DNA of 61,589 bases, filler included, from Deltaproteobacteria bacterium (GTDB lineage: Bacteria; JAEEML01): NCBI GenBank assembly GCA_016283195.1. It is 7 parts of 7 records of this genome, joined end to end, with 100 filler letters (N's around TTAATTAATTAA, not from the genome) between each part and the next. Parts side by side here need not be neighbours in the genome. Positions count along the whole stretch, not along the records: positions 15,286 to 32,179 come from JAEEML010000065.1; positions 32,280 to 36,316 come from JAEEML010000066.1; positions 36,417 to 45,672 come from JAEEML010000067.1; 4 more parts are not named here. One strand, 5' to 3'. Under the pieces are notes generated by a model that saw nothing but the letters and a program-made list of their open reading frames with translations, was not told where the DNA came from and did not search any database. The position numbers and the translations under genes are program-made. Positions 28,978 to 38,317 of the stretch are shown piece by piece (position 1 is the first letter of the stretch; every line of letters begins with the position of its first letter).

Positions 28978-31326
28978 GTGTCTTATAAAAACAGTGTTGA
29001 GGCTTATCGGCTGAATCCTGACAGACGGCGTGTATGGCAAAATATGGCAGCACTATTAAAAAGTGATGCCGAGCGCCTGGCTCTGGCTGATTTTCTCCAC
29101 AAAATGCCTTGGTCTTATGCCCGCGAAGTTCCTGAAGAAATTATTGCTACCCAGTGGAAGGTTTTAAACCAAAAGCAATATGAAAAACTGGCCGCCGATG
29201 AGAGCTATGTCTTTCATCACAAAGGCTGCTCTTCTTGGATTGGCGAAAGTAGTCTTAGCACCATCCCGGCTTTGCTTAGAAAATTAACCGGCGGTGAATT
29301 TTCTCCGCTACAGCGCATATTTTTTCATGAAAACAGCAAGTTAGCTGCAGCTATTGTCTATAAGTCCAAAGAAGCGCAAAAGCGCTCCTACCCCATTGAA
29401 CCGCCGGCTTGGATTGGCACTTTTAAAAAAACAACCTTAAATCACAGGAGGCAATCTTCCAGCATCTCTTTTGATACGGTGGTGATGGAAAATTCCACTC
29501 TCTTTCGCCTGGAAATATGCAATTCACCGCAATCGACAGTATTACATAAAATATGTGAAATCATGCAGCGCCACCAGGTGAATATTGCCACTTTGGATCT
29601 TTGGTCCATGAATAACGGCTGGACGGGATCACGCAAAATAAAAGAGCGCCACTCCATTGAAATAGAAGTGCGCGAATCACTGGAAGAGGCCATAATTCAG
29701 TCTATAAAGAATGACGCCTTTCGCTACCTGGTGGCGCTCTTAAAGGTACACTCACTCTTTGACATAATAGGCCCGGCCGTGATTGGCCCCAGCAGCTCAC
29801 ACACGGCCGGGGCCTGTCGCATCGGCATGCTGGCGCGGAATATTTTCATGGCTCTGGAAGAAGCCGGCCATTTTAAAAAGATTAGCCGCTTTGACATTAA
29901 ATTATATGGCTCTTTTCGTGATACCGGCCCCGGCCACGGCACGCACATTGCCCTGGGCGGCGGCTTAAAGGGCTTTGCCCCAGATTCTCCGGAACTCACC
30001 AAAGAGGGCGCGCTCGAAGTGCTCATAAAAAAAGGCATTCCCTGGAAAGATAAAAAGCGCGCTATACCTTTTGGTGGCTTTTTGGCAGCCAGCCCCGAGG
30101 AAGATCGCAAATATATTCGCCAACATGGCGATTGCATCAATATTGCCGAAATCATTGCCACTACCGATGCCGGCCCATTTGCCCTGGCCGGTTTTTCCAC
30201 CGGCGGCGGCATTGTGGAAATGCGCTATATCAATAATACCAAGATATTACCGAGTATTTCCGGCAAGCGCGACCTCTGGATTCAGCCGCCGCCTCTGCCG
30301 GCCACTCTGGACCTGGCACATGCGCCGGTAAAAGGTAAGAAATACGGCAAGATTGCCAAGATTTACCCGGAGAGAGCGCCGCTTGATGAATTTACTCTGG
30401 TTTTTAATACCTTCGATGAAGCGCTGGAGTACGCCAAGGATACACAAAAATCACTTTTGCAAATAGCCCTTGAGATGGAAGCCAAGTTGCAAAATACCAG
30501 CGCCGGCGAAATTATGCAAAATATGACCAATCTATGGGAGATAATGAAAGAATCTGTCCACAAAGGATTGGAAAATACGCGCCGTAGCACCATGGGCCTC
30601 TCCGGCGGCGACGCCATAAAACTATTGGAATATATCAGAGCTAAAAAATATGTCTCCTTCCACACTCTGGCCTCCACCTATGCCATGGCCTCGGCCGAGA
30701 CCAATGCCCAAATGGGACGCATAGTGGCCTGCCCCACCGCCGGCGCTTGCGGCATTATTCCCGGAGTGCTCCTGGCCTGGCACGATGTGCATATTGCCAT
30801 GGGCCTGCCGCCGGAGGGGCTGGAGCGCAAAGTGGTGGAGGCCCTTATCGTCGCCGCCTTTATCGGCATGATCTTTTATGACGATATACCCACAGCCGGG
30901 GCTACTCTTGGCTGCCAGGCCGAAATCGGCATCGGCGCAGCCATGGCAGCAGCGGCTATTGTCCAGCTGCAGGGCGGCACGCCGGAAGAGGTGGTGCACG
31001 GCGCTATTTTAACCATTAAAAACTGCATGGGCCTGGTTTGCGACCCGGTGGCCGGCCTGGTGGAAGTACCTTGTATCAAGCGCAATGCCATGTTTTCCAA
31101 CTTTGCCATCACCGCCGCCGATATGGCGCGGGCCGGCATTCGTTCCCAAATTCCGCCCGACCAGGTAGTGCTCGCCGTTAAAGAGGTTGGCGAACACATG
31201 TCCACAGCTTATAAAGAAACAGCCCATGGCGGCCTGGCAGCCACTCTAAATGGCAAAGATGTGGCCCGCCGCTTTGGCGAAATGTGCCAGGGCCTCTTTT
31301 GTGACACTTGCACGCTCTGCCACTAG
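28978..31326 (+). CDS. Fe-S L-serine dehydratase, fused beta+alpha chains with N-terminal ACT-like extension
   Basis: SLFDIIGP..IGPSSSHTAGA and LYGSF..TG.GHGT (beta chain); IVACPTAGACG, GCQAE, GLVCDPVAGLVEVPC (alpha chain). Confidence 0.9.
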   Translation: MSYKNSVEAYRLNPDRRRVWQNMAALLKSDAERLALADFLHKMPWSYAREVPEEIIATQWKVLNQKQYEKLAADESYVFHHKGCSSWIGESSLSTIPALLRKLTGGEFSPLQRIFFHENSKLAAAIVYKSKEAQKRSYPIEPPAWIGTFKKTTLNHRRQSSSISFDTVVMENSTLFRLEICNSPQSTVLHKICEIMQRHQVNIATLDLWSMNNGWTGSRKIKERHSIEIEVRESLEEAIIQSIKNDAFRYLVALLKVHSLFDIIGPAVIGPSSSHTAGACRIGMLARNIFMALEEAGHFKKISRFDIKLYGSFRDTGPGHGTHIALGGGLKGFAPDSPELTKEGALEVLIKKGIPWKDKKRAIPFGGFLAASPEEDRKYIRQHGDCINIAEIIATTDAGPFALAGFSTGGGIVEMRYINNTKILPSISGKRDLWIQPPPLPATLDLAHAPVKGKKYGKIAKIYPERAPLDEFTLVFNTFDEALEYAKDTQKSLLQIALEMEAKLQNTSAGEIMQNMTNLWEIMKESVHKGLENTRRSTMGLSGGDAIKLLEYIRAKKYVSFHTLASTYAMASAETNAQMGRIVACPTAGACGIIPGVLLAWHDVHIAMGLPPEGLERKVVEALIVAAFIGMIFYDDIPTAGATLGCQAEIGIGAAMAAAAIVQLQGGTPEEVVHGAILTIKNCMGLVCDPVAGLVEVPCIKRNAMFSNFAITAADMARAGIRSQIPPDQVVLAVKEVGEHMSTAYKETAHGGLAATLNGKDVARRFGEMCQGLFCDTCTLCH

Positions 31327-31334
31327 GAGGAGTC

Positions 31335-31910
31335 ATGAATCTTTCTACCGCTACAGAATATATGATAGCCTGGCGCCTCTTTTCGCTCTTTCCGGCGGCC
31401 TTTTATCTAAAGGCGGAAAATGGGCGCATTTTGGGCTATGCTGCCTCCAAATTTGCCCTAAAAGCCGAGATACACGTTTATACCAATACCAACAAAATGC
31501 GCGAAATCTTTTATATAAAAGCGCGAAAAGTAATAGATTTCTCGGCAGCTTACAATGTCTTTCGCTCACCTGGTGATGTACTCATCGGCACTTGGCGCCG
31601 CAAAGGCTTTTCTTCCATCACCCGCGACCACTGGGAACTACTCGATGCTCAGGGTAATCTTATCGGCGATCTTTTAGAAGATTCAGCGCAAAAAGCCATG
31701 ATGCGCCGCCTCTGGACAAGCTATATTCCCCAATCTTTTACTCTGCGGGTAAATGGCCTGGCTGTGGCCGATTATCACCAAACATTTTGGCCTTTTTTAC
31801 TGCGCCTTAAAGTGGAACTTGCCGGTGAGCCGGATCCTGATATGGCCATCATGGTAGCTGCCGGCGGCATTTTACTGGATGCGATAGAAGGCCGGCAAAA
31901 GCGCTGGTAG
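31335..31910 (+). CDS. LURP-one/scramblase-like (tubby C-terminal-like) protein
   Basis: GGAGG RBS; IKARKVIDFSAAY, IG..RRKGF.S..RD.W pattern. Confidence 0.65.
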   Translation: MNLSTATEYMIAWRLFSLFPAAFYLKAENGRILGYAASKFALKAEIHVYTNTNKMREIFYIKARKVIDFSAAYNVFRSPGDVLIGTWRRKGFSSITRDHWELLDAQGNLIGDLLEDSAQKAMMRRLWTSYIPQSFTLRVNGLAVADYHQTFWPFLLRLKVELAGEPDPDMAIMVAAGGILLDAIEGRQKRW

Positions 31911-31921
31911 AAGAGAAAAAA

Positions 31922-32179
31922 ATGGAATTAAATCGCCAGATTCTCGGTAAAGCGGCTCTCATTTTTAAAGATATCCTGCAATTTAGCGGTCCAGCTGATG
32001 GTACCTTACAACTCTTTTTCAAAAAAAATCCCAAGCTTGGTTCCGCTGAGCGCAAACTAATTTCAGAGCTTATTTTTAGCGCTCTGCGCCATTTGCAAAC
32101 AATCAAAGAAGCCCTGGAGGCACCGGCTAATACTGATTCGACAGCCCTTCTCCTAGCTGCCCTTTACCTCTACCACCAA
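31922..32179 (+). CDS. RsmB/NOP-family RNA methyltransferase, N-terminal fragment (3' truncated)
   Basis: PAD..L..FFK.NPKLGS.ER..ISE..F..LR N-terminal pattern. Confidence 0.7.
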
Positions 32180-32279
32180 NNNNNNNNNNNNNNNNNNNNN
32201 NNNNNNNNNNNNNNNNNNNNNNNTTAATTAATTAANNNNNNNNNNNNNNNNNNNNNNNNNNNNNNNNNNNNNNNNNNNN
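32180..32279. other. Artificial contig linker
   Basis: N44-TTAATTAATTAA-N44. Confidence 0.99.
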
Positions 32280-32280
32280 C

Positions 32281-32730
32281 ATCACTTCCGGCGACACAGC
32301 CTTTCGCAGCGCCCGCATGACTATTTTCGATTGGCTAAAACTCGATGAAAAAAAGCTTTCCACCCGCCTCCTTGTCACCACTCCGCTTTTGCTTACCGGC
32401 CTTCTTATCTCTTTTTTGGATTACGGCATCATCTGGCGCTATTTTTCCTGGGCCAACCAGACTCTGGCCATGATTGTGCTCTGGGCGGGCGCTGTCTTCT
32501 TAGTAAAGCAAAATATTCAGCAAAAATATGTGAGCCTTATAGCGGCGGCCCCGGCCACCTTTATGTCGGCCGTCTCTTTTACTTACCTCATTTATGCGCC
32601 GGAGTGTTTTAATCTGGGAGCCAGAGGCGAGCTGGGCCTTACCATTTCTTACGTCGGCGGCCTTTTGGGAGCGCTAATCTGCGCGGGCCTCTTTGTCTTT
32701 ACCGTCTTTCGGCCGGCTGGGAGGAAATAA
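32281..32730 (+). CDS. cstA: Carbon starvation protein A family transporter, C-terminal part
   Basis: ITSGDTAFRSAR and IWRYFSWANQTLA. Confidence 0.9.
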   Translation: MTSGDTAFRSARMTIFDWLKLDEKKLSTRLLVTTPLLLTGLLISFLDYGIIWRYFSWANQTLAMIVLWAGAVFLVKQNIQQKYVSLIAAAPATFMSAVSFTYLIYAPECFNLGARGELGLTISYVGGLLGALICAGLFVFTVFRPAGRK

Positions 32731-33044
32731 TGCAAAAAGTGCGCATCACCGTAAAAAAGATAGTCTCTCATAGCGATTTAATCGCCGAATATGAAAACCC
32801 CATCGAGCACGCCTGTGATATGCGGCTTAATCAGGTCTTTATTTGCAACGGTTGGGAAAAACCGGAGGGCTGTTGCCTAAGTGCCTGGGAGACTGTTTCG
32901 CCCTTTGTCATGGCTCTCGCCCACGGCGGGCAGAATTTTTATGACGGCTGGATGAAAAACCCGCGCTCGGCCATGATCTCCTGCAACGACGGCTTTCGGC
33001 CGGTGAGCTTTTTGCTGGAAACAATGGAGGAAGAGGCGGAATAG
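32730..33044 (+). CDS. TIGR04076-family protein
   Basis: KVRITV...YENPIEHAC...C.SAW...SCNDGFRPVSF. Confidence 0.8.
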   Translation: MQKVRITVKKIVSHSDLIAEYENPIEHACDMRLNQVFICNGWEKPEGCCLSAWETVSPFVMALAHGGQNFYDGWMKNPRSAMISCNDGFRPVSFLLETMEEEAE

Positions 33045-33089
33045 AAGCAAAAAACAAGCAGGCGCTGACGGAATAATCCGCTGCTTTAA

Positions 33090-33335
33090 TTACTCACCCA
33101 CTTTTTTAATAAAAAGCTCAAATGTGCCATCGCCATTATCAATAAAATCAAGAATTTCGTGCCCCTCCTCTTTAACGCTTCTGGGCACGTTTTCCGCCGG
33201 CTCACCACCGTTCAAATGCACCTCAAGAATTTGCCCTTCGTCCATCTCTTCAAGTGCTACTTTGGTTTTTACAAATGTAATCGGGCACTTTACATCGGTG
33301 ATATCAATTTTCTCATCTATTTGAAATTCCGCCAT
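33090..33335 (-). CDS. TusA/SirA-family sulfur carrier
   Basis: DITDVKCPITFVKTK..LE..GQILEV...NVPRS. Confidence 0.9.
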   Translation of the reverse strand: MAEFQIDEKIDITDVKCPITFVKTKVALEEMDEGQILEVHLNGGEPAENVPRSVKEEGHEILDFIDNGDGTFELFIKKVGE

Positions 33336-33338
33336 TTT

Positions 33339-33770
33339 TTAGTTCTCTATAATAATTAGTTCTTCTTTTTCGGCCAGGCGTTCGCCCAAAGGTCCCTCAA
33401 TATGAAAGGCATTAAGCACCGGCTCGGCTGCCGCCAGCGACAAAATAAGATAAGAGGCTTTGCTGTCATGAGCCAGGCGCTTATCCTCCTCCGAGGGGCG
33501 CGAGGGCGTCTCCGGGTGCGAATGCCAGTTACCCAAAAGAGTTAAGCCGCTTAATCTTATATCTTTTAAAGCCGTTAGCTGATCCTCCGGCGTGATGGAA
33601 AAGTGGTCGGCGGCATGGTCGCTGTTGGTGAGCAAATAAACTTTTTTTATCTCTCTTACCCCGTCTGGGCGGTCGTCGCCGGCAATAAGGCCGCAGGCCT
33701 CCTCCGGCTTTTGGGCCAGGGCATGGCGATAGAGCTGCTCAAAATCGGCTTTATGCATTAGAATTTTCAT
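33339..33770 (-). CDS. JAB/MPN+ (M67) metallopeptidase
   Basis: PEEACG and WHSHP...PS.ED JAMM motif. Confidence 0.93.
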   Translation of the reverse strand: MKILMHKADFEQLYRHALAQKPEEACGLIAGDDRPDGVREIKKVYLLTNSDHAADHFSITPEDQLTALKDIRLSGLTLLGNWHSHPETPSRPSEEDKRLAHDSKASYLILSLAAAEPVLNAFHIEGPLGERLAEKEELIIIEN

Positions 33771-33776
33771 AAGTGC

Positions 33777-34592
33777 CTAGTCTTTCTTCTTTAATTCGCA
33801 AACCGGTTGATCGTAATCAATGAGTTTGGTGATGGTTGGGTTATCTGAGCAAACAGCACAGCCCGCGCCACGCGGCGGCAATTTTATCTTGTGAAAAGCC
33901 ATTTCCAAGCCATCGAAAGTGAGCAGCGAGCCGCTTAAAAGCTCACCGGCCCCGGTAAGAAACTTGATAGCTTCGAGCGCTTGCAAAGTGCCGATAACTC
34001 CGGCCATGGCACCGATAACTCCGGCCTCCTTGCAAGTGGGGATGGCATCTTTAGGTGGTGGATTTTTAAAAATACAGCGATAACAAGGGCTTACTCCGGG
34101 AATAACAGTGGTGAGCTGGCCGGCAAAGCGCACAATACCGGCATGGGAAAGCGGCTTTTTAGCCATAACGCAGGCATCGTTGATTAAAAATTTAGCGGCA
34201 AAATTATCGGTACCGTCGATGATGAAATCATAATCTTTAATAAGCTCCATTATGTTGGAACTATTAATAAATTGATAATATGGATTCACCGTTACATCGG
34301 GGTTTATGGCGCGCATGGTTTCTGCTGCCGATTCAACTTTTTTGCGCCCTAAATCGGCGGTAGTGTGAATCACCTGGCGTTGCAAATTGGAAAGATCCAC
34401 CACATCGGCATCGGCAATACCGATAGTGCCCACTCCGGCCGCCGCCAGATAAAGAGCCACCGGCGACCCCAAACCGCCGGCGCCGATAATCAGCACTTTG
34501 CCGTTTAAGAGCTTCTTTTGCCCTTTGGCCCCAATTTCTTTTAAAATAATATGCCGTGAATAGCGCTCCAGCTGCTCATTCGTAAAAGCCAT
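33777..34592 (-). CDS. ThiF/MoeB/HesA-family adenylyltransferase (E1-like)
   Basis: RYSRHI, GAGGLGS, SNLQRQ, DGTDNF, CYRC, C.EAGV, CAVC. Confidence 0.95.
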   Translation of the reverse strand: MAFTNEQLERYSRHIILKEIGAKGQKKLLNGKVLIIGAGGLGSPVALYLAAAGVGTIGIADADVVDLSNLQRQVIHTTADLGRKKVESAAETMRAINPDVTVNPYYQFINSSNIMELIKDYDFIIDGTDNFAAKFLINDACVMAKKPLSHAGIVRFAGQLTTVIPGVSPCYRCIFKNPPPKDAIPTCKEAGVIGAMAGVIGTLQALEAIKFLTGAGELLSGSLLTFDGLEMAFHKIKLPPRGAGCAVCSDNPTITKLIDYDQPVCELKKKD

Positions 34593-34798
34593 TATCTACC
34601 GCCCCCCATGAAGTAGAGAAATTCCACAGCATCACCATCCTTTAAACGGTGGCTGTCAAAGGCGGCCCGCTCAATGAATTCTTCGTTAACCGCCACGGTT
34701 ACATAAAGCGGGCTCTCTACTTTTTCTTCAACAATAAGCTCCTGAATAGTCAAATTGTCGGCCACTTCTTTGCTTTCGCCGGCTATGGTAATTTTCAT
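34592..34798 (-). CDS. thiS: ThiS-family sulfur carrier with C-terminal extension (ends FMGGGR)
   Basis: VAVNEEFI...LKDGDAVEFLYFMGG beta-grasp pattern; AGGAG RBS. Confidence 0.9.
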   Translation of the reverse strand: MKITIAGESKEVADNLTIQELIVEEKVESPLYVTVAVNEEFIERAAFDSHRLKDGDAVEFLYFMGGGR

Positions 34799-34809
34799 CT
34801 TTATTCTCC

Positions 34810-36315
34810 TCAGGTTAGAGTTTTCAAGACCTTTATAAGAGCATCAATATCACTGGGCGAATTATAGAGCGCAAGTGTTGGCCGCACCGAGCTTTCATAG
34901 CCGAAACGCCGCAAAACAGGCTGGGCGCAGTGGTGGCCGGTGCGCACGGCAATACCGCAACTATCGAGCTTTTTTCCTACCTCTTCGTCGCTGTAGCCAG
35001 CCAGTTTAAAGGAGAGCACCGAAGCCTTGTTAAGAGCCGTGCCAATCAAGGTAAGTCCTTTGATTTTTTGCATTTCCTTCATGGCATAGTGCAAGAGTTC
35101 GTGCTCCCAGCGATAAATACAGGGCATACCAATTTCATTTAAATAAGTCAGCGCCGCCCCCAGCCCCACCGCATCGGCAATGCTCCCGGTGCCGGCCTCA
35201 AATTTATTGGGAATACCATTATAAACGGTGCGCTCAAAGGTGACATCGGCTATCATATTGCCGCCGCCATGATAAGGCTCAGCCGCCTCCAGGAGCTCTT
35301 TTTTACCATAAAGAACACCAATACCGGTTGGCGCAAAAATTTTATGGCCGGAAAAGACAAAAAAATCGGCATCAAGTGTGCTCACGTTTACCGGGATATG
35401 CGCCACCGACTGAGCGCCGTCAATGAGAATGCGGACACCGTGGCGATGAGCCAGAGCAATGAGCTCTTCCACCGGAGTAACAGTGCCAAGCACGTTGGAT
35501 ACATGAGTCAGAGCCACAAATTTGGTGCGTTTTGTAAAGAGTTTTTCATATTCGGAAACAATTAGCTGCCCGCTCTCATCGCAGGGGATCACTTTTAAAA
35601 GGGCCCCGGTTTTTTGAGCAATGAGCTGCCAGGGCACAATATTGGCATGATGCTCTAAAATAGAGACAATTATCTCATCGCCAGGCTGCAAAAGCGGCTT
35701 TACATAAGCACTGGCCACCAAATTTATACCTTCGGTGGTGCCGCGTACAAAAATTATCTCCTCGGAACTTCCGGCGCCGATAAAATCCCGCACAATATTG
35801 CGGGCGTTTTCATAAGCATCGGTAGAACGGGCAGCCAAGGTGTGGGCCCCGCGATGCACATTGGAGTTTTCATGAGTATAATAATAGGAAAGCCGGTCGA
35901 TCACCGCTTGCGGCCTTTGAGTGGTGGCACCGTTATCGAGCCACACCAGCGGGTAGCCGTTTACGCGCTCGCTTAATATCTGGAAATCATTGCGAATTTG
36001 CGCCAAAGTTTTGCGGCCGATGCGAATGGATTCATCGCTACCGGCCGCCTGAGGCGGCCCAATGTGGCCCGCGCTCAGTGTAGCCGGAGCAGCTTTAGAT
36101 ACATTAGCGGCACTTTTAGGCTCCACTTTAGGAGCATAAGCCACCGGTTCTGGCAAAAGTAACGCCTCAGGCAGGCTAACAGGAGCACTATGTTGCAAGC
36201 TAAAAGCTGCGGCCGGTGCCGGCTCCATGACCTCTTGGCCTACCCTTCCCTGCAAATCGGGAAAGAGGGCACTCGCCATAGCCGAAATCTCGGCTACCCC
36301 GGGCAAGCCAAAGTG
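34810..36315 (-). CDS. SufS-type cysteine desulfurase with disordered N-terminal extension (family 2A encapsulin cargo type), 5' truncated
   Basis: WLDNGATTQ, ENSNVHRGAH.LAARSTDAYE, FSGHK, RTGHHCAQP; Pro/Ala-rich extension of about 100 aa or more. Confidence 0.88.
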   Translation of the reverse strand, partial: HFGLPGVAEISAMASALFPDLQGRVGQEVMEPAPAAAFSLQHSAPVSLPEALLLPEPVAYAPKVEPKSAANVSKAAPATLSAGHIGPPQAAGSDESIRIGRKTLAQIRNDFQILSERVNGYPLVWLDNGATTQRPQAVIDRLSYYYTHENSNVHRGAHTLAARSTDAYENARNIVRDFIGAGSSEEIIFVRGTTEGINLVASAYVKPLLQPGDEIIVSILEHHANIVPWQLIAQKTGALLKVIPCDESGQLIVSEYEKLFTKRTKFVALTHVSNVLGTVTPVEELIALAHRHGVRILIDGAQSVAHIPVNVSTLDADFFVFSGHKIFAPTGIGVLYGKKELLEAAEPYHGGGNMIADVTFERTVYNGIPNKFEAGTGSIADAVGLGAALTYLNEIGMPCIYRWEHELLHYAMKEMQKIKGLTLIGTALNKASVLSFKLAGYSDEEVGKKLDSCGIAVRTGHHCAQPVLRRFGYESSVRPTLALYNSPSDIDALIKVLKTLT

Positions 36316-36316
36316 C

Positions 36317-36416
36317 NNNNNNNNNNNNNNNNNNNNNNNNNNNNNNNNNNNNNNNNNNNNTTAATTAATTAANNNNNNNNNNNNNNNNNNNNNNNNNNNN
36401 NNNNNNNNNNNNNNNN
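36317..36416. other. Artificial contig linker
   Basis: N44-TTAATTAATTAA-N44. Confidence 0.99.
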
Positions 36417-36417
36417 G

Positions 36418-36729
36418 GGGGCTGAGAGCTTTTTGCAACCAACTACTCTAAAAATTATCGTTATGGGTCTTGTGGCCTTTGTTTGCGGCACCGCCGGCGG
36501 TGTGCTTCTCGGTAAATTGATGTATCTCTTATCCGGCGGCAAAATTAACCCCATCATTGGCGCCGCCGGCGTGAGCGCTGTGCCTATGGCCGCCCGCACC
36601 GCGCATGTGGAAGGTCTTAAAACCGATCCCAGCAACTTCCTCTTAATGCACGCCATGGGCCCCAATATCTCCGGCGTTATCGGCACCGCTGTGGCCGCCG
36701 CCGCCATGATTGCCATCTTCGGCGGCTGA
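36418..36729 (+). CDS. Na+-translocating decarboxylase beta subunit (OadB/GcdB/MmdB family), C-terminal part
   Basis: [18 protein letters not shown] and [11 protein letters not shown]. Confidence 0.93.
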   Translation, partial: GAESFLQPTTLKIIVMGLVAFVCGTAGGVLLGKLMYLLSGGKINPIIGAAGVSAVPMAARTAHVEGLKTDPSNFLLMHAMGPNISGVIGTAVAAAAMIAIFGG

Positions 36730-36758
36730 ATCCTTCTTGGCAAAAAAAGCCAAAAAAC

Positions 36759-36995
36759 TGCGAGATTGACTTTGTGGCGCGCAAAGGACGCAATCAGTAT
36801 TACATACAATCGGCTTTTTCGATGGACGATCCACAAAAGGAAATGAGCGAGTTAAGGCCGCTTTGGGCAACAGGTGATTTTTTTAAAAAAGTAGTTGTTT
36901 CAAAAAGTTATGGAAAAAGTTGGGTGGATGAGAAAGGTGTTTTAAGAATAGGACTTATGGACTTTTTGCTGGATGAGGATAGTTTTGCGCGCTAG
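36759..36995 (+). pseudogene. Remnant C-terminus of AAA+ ATPase / DUF4143 protein
   Basis: CEIDFVARKG..YYIQSA...E.RPL..GDFFKKVVV...IGLMDFLL with no room for the ATPase domain upstream. Confidence 0.65.
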
Positions 36996-37075
36996 CTGGG
37001 AAGTCTTTACACCCGGCAGATTTTATGCCGTGCGCCATCTCCTGTTTTACCTGCAAAATGTCTAAATTTTGGGGG

Positions 37076-38317
37076 TCAGAACAGGTTTTTAACTTCAGCC
37101 AGTGAAAGATTCTGTTCGCGGGCTATGCGGGCCAAATCCTCATATTCATATTTGGCCTTTTTCACTCCGTAGCCGGCCGCTTCTTTTAGCCGCACATTGC
37201 CTAATTTGTTTTTTTGGTTTACAAGCCGTCGCCTTAGCACATGGCGCTTTATGGCTTTTTCTCTAATACCCAGAGTGCTGGTGTGCTTAAATATGAGGCT
37301 TATCAGGAGCTCTTTTTTCTCTTCATCGCTAATTACCGTGAGCAGCGTGCCCTGGCGCCCTTTTTTCATAATCACCGGCGTTAAATAGACTTCAAGCGCG
37401 CCAGCAGTGCGCAGCTCTTCGGCGGCAAAAGCCAGCTCCTCGCCGCTCATGTCGTCAATATTGCAGGATAATTCATATAAATCGCCGCTTTGGTCTTCTT
37501 GCTCGCCCAAAAAAGCTCTGACACAATTGGCGGCCGGAAAATCTTTATGCCCCAGGCCGTAGCCGATTCTCTGTCCTCTCATTACCGGCCTTGGGCCAAA
37601 TTTTGGTACAAAATATTTGAGCAGAGCGGCGCCGGTGGGTGTACAAAGTTCGCCTTCTATGGCGCCGCTATAACTTGGTATAGCAGTGAGCAGCAGGGCT
37701 GTAGCCGGAGCAGGAACCGGTAAAAGCCCGTGGGCGCATTTTACTGTGCCGAAGCCGGTATTGACCGGTGAAGCCATTATTACATCAGGCGCCAGAATCT
37801 CCATAAGCATGGCTACCATGGCAATATCCATAATGGCATCTTTGCTGCCCAGCTCATGAAAGTGCACCTCGCTTACCGGCCGGCCGTGCACCTGGCTTTC
37901 CGCTTCGGCAATAAGCTGATAGACAGCCATAATATCATTTTTTACTTTGCTGCTTACTTCCAGCCCGGCCACATATTCGTTAATAGTGGCCATAGAGCTA
38001 TGCTCATGATGGTGATCATGTTCATGATTATGGTTTTCATGCTCATGCTTGTGCTCGTGTTCATGCTCATGCTCGTGATGCTGGGCCGAGTTATCGTGGC
38101 TTTCCTCTTCGGCGCCATTAACGGTTACATGGAGCAAAGAGCCGCTTATGGCGCATTTTTGCCCTTTTTCCCGGCTGACTAAAACGCCTTGGAGGCCAAG
38201 TTTATTTATTTTGCGCAAAAATTCTTCCTGGGCCAGCGGCGGGAGCAGTTCAATGAGTGCAGCAGCCAACATATCGCCGGCAGCGCCCATATTTAATTCC
38301 AAATAGAGAGTTTTCAT
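37076..38317 (-). CDS. larC: Nickel-pincer cofactor nickel insertase LarC
   Basis: GAAGDML, His-rich tract, VHFHE.G..D, CAHG.LPVPAPAT, ELCTPTGAA, NIDDM, MKKGR. Confidence 0.95.
   Translation of the reverse strand: MKTLYLELNMGAAGDMLAAALIELLPPLAQEEFLRKINKLGLQGVLVSREKGQKCAISGSLLHVTVNGAEEESHDNSAQHHEHEHEHEHKHEHENHNHEHDHHHEHSSMATINEYVAGLEVSSKVKNDIMAVYQLIAEAESQVHGRPVSEVHFHELGSKDAIMDIAMVAMLMEILAPDVIMASPVNTGFGTVKCAHGLLPVPAPATALLLTAIPSYSGAIEGELCTPTGAALLKYFVPKFGPRPVMRGQRIGYGLGHKDFPAANCVRAFLGEQEDQSGDLYELSCNIDDMSGEELAFAAEELRTAGALEVYLTPVIMKKGRQGTLLTVISDEEKKELLISLIFKHTSTLGIREKAIKRHVLRRRLVNQKNKLGNVRLKEAAGYGVKKAKYEYEDLARIAREQNLSLAEVKNLF

Noticed and set aside
33339-34798. Ubiquitin-like anti-phage system (CBASS Cap2/Cap3 or Bil) from E1+JAB+Ubl
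   Set aside because: No E2 or cyclase; TusA and cysteine desulfurase neighbours point to sulfur transfer.
37995-38085. Short tandem CATGCT/CATGAT-like repeats
   Set aside because: They encode the normal His/Glu-rich nickel-binding tract of LarC.
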